In this document: positions 7,218 through 11,799 of the stretch, one piece after another
Position numbering within the stretch: the stretch's first letter is position 1
How the letters are laid out: every line of letters starts with the position of its first letter
Origin: a virus
DNA length: 11,799 bases
UHGV virus genome: UHGV-1607176
Strand: one strand, 5' to 3'
The notes under the pieces: model-generated
Database searches by the model: none
Told to the model about the DNA's origin: nothing
What the model saw: only the letters and a program-made list of their open reading frames with translations
Program-made: the position numbers and the translations under genes

Positions 7218-7718
7218 ATGGATTGGAGTGAGGTTTTTAGCTACAAAAATGGCGTCCTATACTGGAAAGTCAAATCATGTCGCCGTAACGATGTGAATAT
7301 AGGTGATGTGGCCGGGAGTTTGTGTAAAAACGGCTATTGGTATGTCATGTTTGGTAACCGTAAGTTTAAAAGGTCGAGGGTGGTGTATGAGATGTTCTCA
7401 GGTAAGATTCCAAAAGGATTTGTCATAGACCATACTAACCATGATACCTGTGACGACAGAATTGAAAACCTGTCATGCAAATCTAGAAGGGACAACATGG
7501 TTAACGTGAAAAGGCGCAAAGATAATACCTCTGGAGTTACGGGTGTGGCGCGGAAAGGAAAAACTAAGTGGAGAGCTTATGCCGTTGTCAACGGTAAGCA
7601 GATTAGTAAAACATTTGACAGAATAGAGGACGCTTTCGCTGAAAGAATTTACATGTCTGTGGCTAATAGGTTTCACATAAATCATGGACTGACAACATTC
7701 AACAACGGTTATAAATAG
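7218..7718 (+). CDS. HNH homing endonuclease with C-terminal AP2 DNA-binding domain
   Basis: 166-aa ORF with AGGTGA ribosome-binding site. HNH motif GFVIDHTNHDTCDDRIENL (about 7425-7472). AP2-like segment SGVTGVARKGKTKWRAYAVVNGKQISKTFDRIEDAFAERIY (about 7530-7655). Confidence 0.85.
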   Translation: MDWSEVFSYKNGVLYWKVKSCRRNDVNIGDVAGSLCKNGYWYVMFGNRKFKRSRVVYEMFSGKIPKGFVIDHTNHDTCDDRIENLSCKSRRDNMVNVKRRKDNTSGVTGVARKGKTKWRAYAVVNGKQISKTFDRIEDAFAERIYMSVANRFHINHGLTTFNNGYK

Positions 7719-7727
7719 GGTGTAGAG

Positions 7728-7958
7728 ATGACTTCAAAATACAACCGCACAATGACAAACACTCACGGCAGCACCATGACAGTAGACGTTTATGATGTGC
7801 TCCGTGCTTTCGATATCCGTGACCCGGCGCTACAGCATGCGTTAAAGAAGTTATTGTGCATGGGCTTGCGCGGACACAAGGACACCGGAACCGACTTAGC
7901 AGAAGCAATTGAAAGTCTGGAGAAGTTACGGGAATACCGAAGCAATATTGATGAGTGA
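7728..7958 (+). CDS. Small phage protein, DUF3310-like (function unknown)
   Basis: 76-aa ORF with ATG start. Pattern VYDVLRAF...ALQHALKKLLCMGLRGHKDTGTDLAEAIESLEKL resembles the DUF3310 signature (AIKYL-RAG-KG...DL-KA-YL) as I recall it. Not verified by search. Confidence 0.5.
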   Translation: MTSKYNRTMTNTHGSTMTVDVYDVLRAFDIRDPALQHALKKLLCMGLRGHKDTGTDLAEAIESLEKLREYRSNIDE

Positions 7959-7965
7959 AAATATT

Positions 7966-8127
7966 ATGAAAACAATATATGTAATCCGAGTATACGACGA
8001 AGAATGGGACGAGTGGGTTGATATTTATGCCGTTAGTAGTAAGGAAGAGGCCTCTAAAGAAATGACAGAACGAAGGGACCGAGGCCAGTTAACTAACTTC
8101 TACGAAATGCCGTTCAAAAGTGAGTAA
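7966..8127 (+). CDS. Small acidic hypothetical protein (about 53 aa)
   Basis: The track ORF 7909..8127 starts at a TTG and overlaps the previous gene. In-frame ATGs lie at 7951 and 7966, and 7966 is chosen because it follows the upstream stop. Sequence MKTIYVIRVYDEEWDEWVDIYAVSSKEEASKEM... is acidic. Followed directly by the terminator. Confidence 0.4.
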   Translation: MKTIYVIRVYDEEWDEWVDIYAVSSKEEASKEMTERRDRGQLTNFYEMPFKSE

Positions 8128-8130
8128 GAA

Positions 8131-8157
8131 AAGGCCCCTTTCGGGGCCTTAGTTTTA
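8131..8157. terminator. Bidirectional rho-independent terminator between the convergent island and major tail gene
   Basis: Perfect 8-bp stem AAGGCCCC (8131-8138) / GGGGCCTT (8143-8150) with 4-nt loop TTTC. Followed by a T-run on the plus strand (8153-8156) and a TTCTT stretch on the minus strand. Lies in the 27-nt gap between the plus-strand stop (8125-8127) and the minus-strand stop (8155-8157). Confidence 0.75.
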
Positions 8158-9321
8158 TGCGTAACTAATACGTTGAATTACGATAGACGACTGATACTGG
8201 TTGCCTGTGGACTGCCCTTCTATACTTTGGGTAATTGACTCAGGCCCACCAATCTCAGGTGTAACCGCCGTGAGTTCTGCGCGTTTCAAACTAAAAGACA
8301 TAGCCCCGTTTACCCCCGCCAGAATAGAGTTAATCTCCACCTGCTGTTCGTTGATAAACTTCTGAATCATAGCCATGTCGTACAGCTTGCCGGAGATGGA
8401 GAAGGTGTTAGCCGCGCGGCTACGTTCCACAAACGCTACGTTAGTGTTGCCGAGTTCGAACTGCGCCGACGCGCTGTTGTCGTTGGTGATGGTCAGGCTG
8501 TCGCAACGCAACGGCGTAGAACCGTCGAACACAGAAACATCGACCGAGGAGAATGGCTCGTCACCAAACGTAACAGAGGAGAAATCAGAACCAGACGGCT
8601 GCGTGGTGAGAATCTCCTGACTGCGACCGATGAACGGGAAGCTGCCAGTTACCATCGCGTTAACAGCCTGTTCGATGGTAAAACCAGAAACTTCCACGCC
8701 TTTGGTTAACGTGTACGCGTCAGTACCGCCGCACTGGCCTTTGTACCAGGTAAGGATAGAGAACGTCTTACACGCGTTACCGGTTTCCAACGTGTCGCCA
8801 GTTTTAGCCTTACTAGTTTTTGTCTCGGTGGTCAGGGTGTGTTGGATGCCCGCACCAGTAACAACCGTAGCCGTTACTGCAGTAACAATAAATGGTTTTG
8901 CGTTATCGCCTGTTAAATCGGTAAACGCAATCAGGTCGCCTACCCCAACTCCGTCAGTGATAAAACTGCCGGTAGCGCGTGTGAACGTCTTGCCCGCGGG
9001 TGCGACGGTAATCGATAGTCCTGACCGGGAAACGCCGGATTGCCACGTAGAGCCTAAAGCCCCGGCTAACCAGTCGTCCTGACTTTTAGAGCTAAGCTCA
9101 ATAGCGTATTCTCCGCTAACCTGCTTGTTACCGGTGCGGATGGATGTGGTTTCTCGGCTGCCGTCAAGTTCGTTGGAGGTCAGCGTGTCGCGGGTAATGG
9201 CAGGAACGCCGCCCGTGTTGCGCAACGGCGACCATACCGGGTTAGCCGGTGTTACGCCCGGGGTAGTTTCTGCCACATAGAATTGCGCAGTATTCGCGCC
9301 CTTAAAAGGAGTTGTAGCCAT
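8155..9321 (-). CDS. Putative major tail (tube) protein
   Basis: 388-390-aa ORF. The track start at 9327 is a GTG overlapping the upstream stop, and the first ATG is 9321..9319 with AAGAGG upstream. It is the last large gene of the neck module before the chaperone/TMP genes and is followed by a strong terminator. Thr/Gly/Ser-rich. Assignment is by synteny; a capsid-related role is not excluded. Confidence 0.5.
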   Translation of the reverse strand: MATTPFKGANTAQFYVAETTPGVTPANPVWSPLRNTGGVPAITRDTLTSNELDGSRETTSIRTGNKQVSGEYAIELSSKSQDDWLAGALGSTWQSGVSRSGLSITVAPAGKTFTRATGSFITDGVGVGDLIAFTDLTGDNAKPFIVTAVTATVVTGAGIQHTLTTETKTSKAKTGDTLETGNACKTFSILTWYKGQCGGTDAYTLTKGVEVSGFTIEQAVNAMVTGSFPFIGRSQEILTTQPSGSDFSSVTFGDEPFSSVDVSVFDGSTPLRCDSLTITNDNSASAQFELGNTNVAFVERSRAANTFSISGKLYDMAMIQKFINEQQVEINSILAGVNGAMSFSLKRAELTAVTPEIGGPESITQSIEGQSTGNQYQSSIVIQRISYA

Positions 9322-9323
9322 AT

Positions 9324-9740
9324 TCACAGCCTCTTGGTGAATGCAATAAAGTTAATTGACAATGGTCGTTTGGCCCATCCGTTTTCTACAATCAGCGGCC
9401 CCAGGCTAACCGATTGAACCTCGGCGCAGATGTCGTTACGTGAAAATGACTTACCTGCTTTAAACGCCGTGTTAAGTAAGTCTGCCATTTTATTGATTGG
9501 CGCGCTACCTTTCACCGATGCGTAGTTAATATCTACCTGATAGACGCCAGCGCGTTGTTCCGTGAAGAACAAATCCGCCTGTTCCGTATCCGCCAGCAAC
9601 ATGTAACTTGCCAGATATGGTGTATCGGTTGACGTCGGTGCGCCGATATTTTCAAGCGCGACTTTGATGCCGTTGGCGGTTCCGAAGGCTACCAGCGGCA
9701 CATCAAACGCTTTTGTTAAGTCCTCAAAGTAGCCCATCAT
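9324..9740 (-). CDS. Neck / tail completion protein (tail terminator-like by position)
   Basis: 138-aa ORF with ATG start, translationally coupled to both neighbours by ATGA overlaps. Lies immediately upstream of the putative major tail gene. Confidence 0.4.
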   Translation of the reverse strand: MMGYFEDLTKAFDVPLVAFGTANGIKVALENIGAPTSTDTPYLASYMLLADTEQADLFFTEQRAGVYQVDINYASVKGSAPINKMADLLNTAFKAGKSFSRNDICAEVQSVSLGPLIVENGWAKRPLSINFIAFTKRL

Positions 9741-10132
9741 TTCACCTTGTTGGCTTCTTCGTTAATGAGTTGCTGGAAGCGGGACACGTTAGTCCTGACC
9801 ACCCCGGCGGGTGCCTGTTGCGACCAGCCATACTCCAGCCGTTGTGCATACGGCAGGTTATTTGTCAGCGTGAACTCGTGCCAGTCTGCGGCTTTCAGTA
9901 CGAAACTCGTAGCGTTTCCGGTTGCCGTGTTTCCTGATTTATCCGTAGCGTCTGTAATACCGGAAGCAGGAGTACCGCCAGATGCCATCCAGTTCATACG
10001 AAAGCGACCCGTATCTACCGGACTCGCCTCTATAATAGCGGAAAACAGCTTGATAGACACCTGGCGCATCACCGTCTCAGGGTTCTTCTTCGCCTTTTCC
10101 ACGAACTTAGAGACATCGAGCGCGAAACTCAT
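9737..10132 (-). CDS. HK97 gp10-like tail-component / head-tail joining protein
   Basis: 131-aa ORF containing DTGRFRMNW and YAQRLEYG, which resemble the hallmark DTGRLR...YA..EYG pattern of the HK97 gp10 family (from memory). ATGA overlaps on both sides. Confidence 0.55.
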   Translation of the reverse strand: MSFALDVSKFVEKAKKNPETVMRQVSIKLFSAIIEASPVDTGRFRMNWMASGGTPASGITDATDKSGNTATGNATSFVLKAADWHEFTLTNNLPYAQRLEYGWSQQAPAGVVRTNVSRFQQLINEEANKVK

Positions 10133-10488
10133 TTTCTCACCTGAATAAAGTAGGCCACGACATCATCATTAACCATCTTCTTCTCAATGGTTACGACGGA
10201 CCATTGCTCTCCGCCGAATTGAACCTTGTCTTCCATCTTCGGTACGACACTGTAATCGGCTTTAACAATCATGTCGCCGGCCTGAATCGTCGTACCATTT
10301 ACCAGTCCCGCGTTTACCGGAACCGGAACGGCCTTCAACGGCAACACTTCATCGTCAGACCATACGTACTCGCCGAGGGCTTCATCCCACACTTTCGAGC
10401 CAGCGCGAATCAGCGACACCGTGCTGCCGAATTTGGTTAGCAGGTGCGTACCCACGCCTTGCATACGCTTACTGAAAGCGGTGCTCAT
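10129..10488 (-). CDS. Head-tail adaptor / head closure-like protein
   Basis: The track ORF extends to 10542, but the ATG at 10488..10486 overlaps the stop of the upstream gene (TGATG), matching the coupling pattern of neighbouring genes. That gives about 119 aa. Assignment by position and size. Confidence 0.4.
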   Translation of the reverse strand: MSTAFSKRMQGVGTHLLTKFGSTVSLIRAGSKVWDEALGEYVWSDDEVLPLKAVPVPVNAGLVNGTTIQAGDMIVKADYSVVPKMEDKVQFGGEQWSVVTIEKKMVNDDVVAYFIQVRK

Positions 10489-11102
10489 CAGGCGGCCTCC
10501 AGTCTTGAGATAACCAGTAGCGCGGATGGTGCTGTGCCCCATGCGGTCACGGTAGCCGCTTGCGGGTATACGCCGCCGTAGTTGCTTCCGGAGCTATCTC
10601 GCATAATCTGAACGGCAAACGTCTGGCCTGCTGTCGGGTTAATAACAACGCGGGATTCAATCGGAATCGTTACGTCGGCGCTGACTAGTTTCGTGGCGGC
10701 GGGCGAGCCGTACTGAGCGCCATTTACTAAAATACGTGATGGCAAGATTGATGTACCGCTAGCACCCGTGCGCCCCGCCTGCAACTTGATGCGAACGGCG
10801 TAGTTTCCGGGGGTGTTGAACGTAACCAGCCCTGCGGCATTAATCGTTACTGGGTCGGATGCGCTACCCTGAGCGGAGCCAAAAGTTAACTGCAATGCTG
10901 TATCTACCGCGGTTGGTGCTTGTGCTATGGTAGACGCAGCACGTAGAACTTCAACTTCTTTAACGCCTGGAGTGGCGTAGATAGGCGAGTCCGCCATCTG
11001 CGTCATTACCTCGCGCAATGCGGCGGGGGTAATAAGACCGGTCGTGTTGTCAGGTAGCTCGGACCCGATTAGCGTAAATATCTCTGTTTTAGTCTTCGCC
11101 AT
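10488..11102 (-). CDS. Phage structural protein of unknown role (neck/head module)
   Basis: 204-aa ORF with ATG start. Ala/Thr/Gly/Ser-rich with beta-rich appearance. No motif I can name. Confidence 0.4.
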   Translation of the reverse strand: MAKTKTEIFTLIGSELPDNTTGLITPAALREVMTQMADSPIYATPGVKEVEVLRAASTIAQAPTAVDTALQLTFGSAQGSASDPVTINAAGLVTFNTPGNYAVRIKLQAGRTGASGTSILPSRILVNGAQYGSPAATKLVSADVTIPIESRVVINPTAGQTFAVQIMRDSSGSNYGGVYPQAATVTAWGTAPSALLVISRLEAA

Positions 11103-11104
11103 TT

Positions 11105-11617
11105 TTAACCCCGGTACACATTAAATGAGAAGCCGTTGTTAAGACCGCCACACAGTAACGGGCGTAAAGCGTCGTCCGCGGCGGTAATAGCAGTTGTAGC
11201 CCCGCTGTTGCCGTTGTTGAAGTAGGTCACTGTCACCGCACCCTCAACACGCTCAGTCTGCACGGAACGCCCGTCTGAGTTAGCCCGCACCTCAGTACCC
11301 GCGCCATAGGTAACAGCAGCAATTACCTGCGCAAGAATTACCTGCTTCGGGATGACGTTGTTAGCTACAGGGAAGCCGTTCAACGTTACACCAGTGCGAG
11401 GATATGCCAGTGACTGTTCGGCGGATACACGACGACCACACATCTGCGGTTCTGCAAGCCCGACATAAGTAGCACCGTTGCGCAAGGCCACCTCTGCGGC
11501 GGTATCGTCCGCAGGCAGCTCCAGACCATAATTAGCCGCTAACGCGCGGGCGTCAGCCAGACTAATGTAACTGTCGGCATTAGGGACGATTGCCCCAGTT
11601 TCCACGATTAGCGGCAT
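11105..11617 (-). CDS. Head-tail connector protein (gp6 / DnaT-like domain family, tentative)
   Basis: 170-aa ORF with GAGGA ribosome-binding site. N-terminus MPLIVETGAIVPNADSYISLADARA resembles the conserved N-terminus of phage gp6-type head-tail connector proteins as I recall them. Confidence 0.45.
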   Translation of the reverse strand: MPLIVETGAIVPNADSYISLADARALAANYGLELPADDTAAEVALRNGATYVGLAEPQMCGRRVSAEQSLAYPRTGVTLNGFPVANNVIPKQVILAQVIAAVTYGAGTEVRANSDGRSVQTERVEGAVTVTYFNNGNSGATTAITAADDALRPLLCGGLNNGFSFNVYRG

Positions 11618-11620
11618 GAA

Positions 11621-11799
11621 TTATTCCTCTGACTTACGGCGTCGACGCTTAGTACCACCACCGTTGTTGTGCGCTTCTTCGTTGTCCGGTTGAGTAGCAA
11701 CCAGTTCATCCGCGTCTACAACACCGCGAACAGGCATCACCTGACCATCAACAACATCAACGTGAGTGTACTTTTCACGGATTACATAATTATCTGCCA
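11621..11799 (-). CDS. 3' end of an upstream head-region gene (partial; start beyond the right window edge)
   Basis: Manual minus-strand translation in phase 3k+2 is open from 11797 to the stop at 11623..11621. C-terminus reads ...VIREKYTHVDVVDGQVMPVRGVVDADELVATQPDNEEAHNNGGGTKRRRRKSEE. Its stop lies 3 nt before the next gene start. Identity unknown. Confidence 0.45.
   Translation of the reverse strand, partial: ADNYVIREKYTHVDVVDGQVMPVRGVVDADELVATQPDNEEAHNNGGGTKRRRRKSEE

Noticed and set aside
7334-7908. Minus-strand ORFs 7334-7519, 7473-7685 and 7699-7908 inside the HNH and DUF3310-like genes
   Set aside because: They are antisense to genes with clear domain motifs, with no ribosome-binding sites and compositionally implausible products.
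8375-10440. Plus-strand ORFs 8375-8620, 8630-9082, 9713-9937, 9747-10148 and 10204-10440
   Set aside because: They are antisense shadows of the tightly coupled minus-strand neck and major tail genes, and several start at non-ATG codons.
1-11799. CRISPR arrays, tRNA/rRNA genes, integrase or attachment sites
   Set aside because: Non-coding space is limited to four short gaps (4973-5061, 5479-5655, 5983-6047, 8128-8154). None contains repeat-spacer structure or cloverleaf-compatible sequence, and no recombinase-like ORF is present in the window.

Overview
This window looks like part of a tailed-phage genome or prophage with a lambda-type siphovirus tail module. All calls rest on reading the supplied ORF track plus manual translation and motif recognition by eye; no database search was possible. 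Almost the whole minus strand is one tightly packed late structural operon read right to left: a partial upstream head-region gene (11621-11799), five small neck / head-tail joining genes (9324-11617), a 390-aa putative major tail protein (8155-9321), a tail assembly chaperone pair (4703-5478), the tape measure protein (2707-4725), gpM-like, gpL-like and NlpC/P60 gpK-like minor tail proteins (1330-2707), and the start of a gpI/gpJ-like tail-tip gene that runs off the left edge (2-1273). Between the major tail gene and the chaperones the operon is interrupted by a roughly 2.6 kb plus-strand accessory island (about 5480-8154). The island has its own sigma70-like promoter and ends at a bidirectional terminator. 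It encodes a small signal-peptide protein, an HTH-metallophosphoesterase fusion, an HNH-AP2 homing endonuclease, a DUF3310-like small protein and a small acidic protein. This island is the best candidate for an uncharacterised accessory module (exclusion, anti-defence or host takeover), but its function is hypothesis only. No rRNA, tRNA or CRISPR array is evident.
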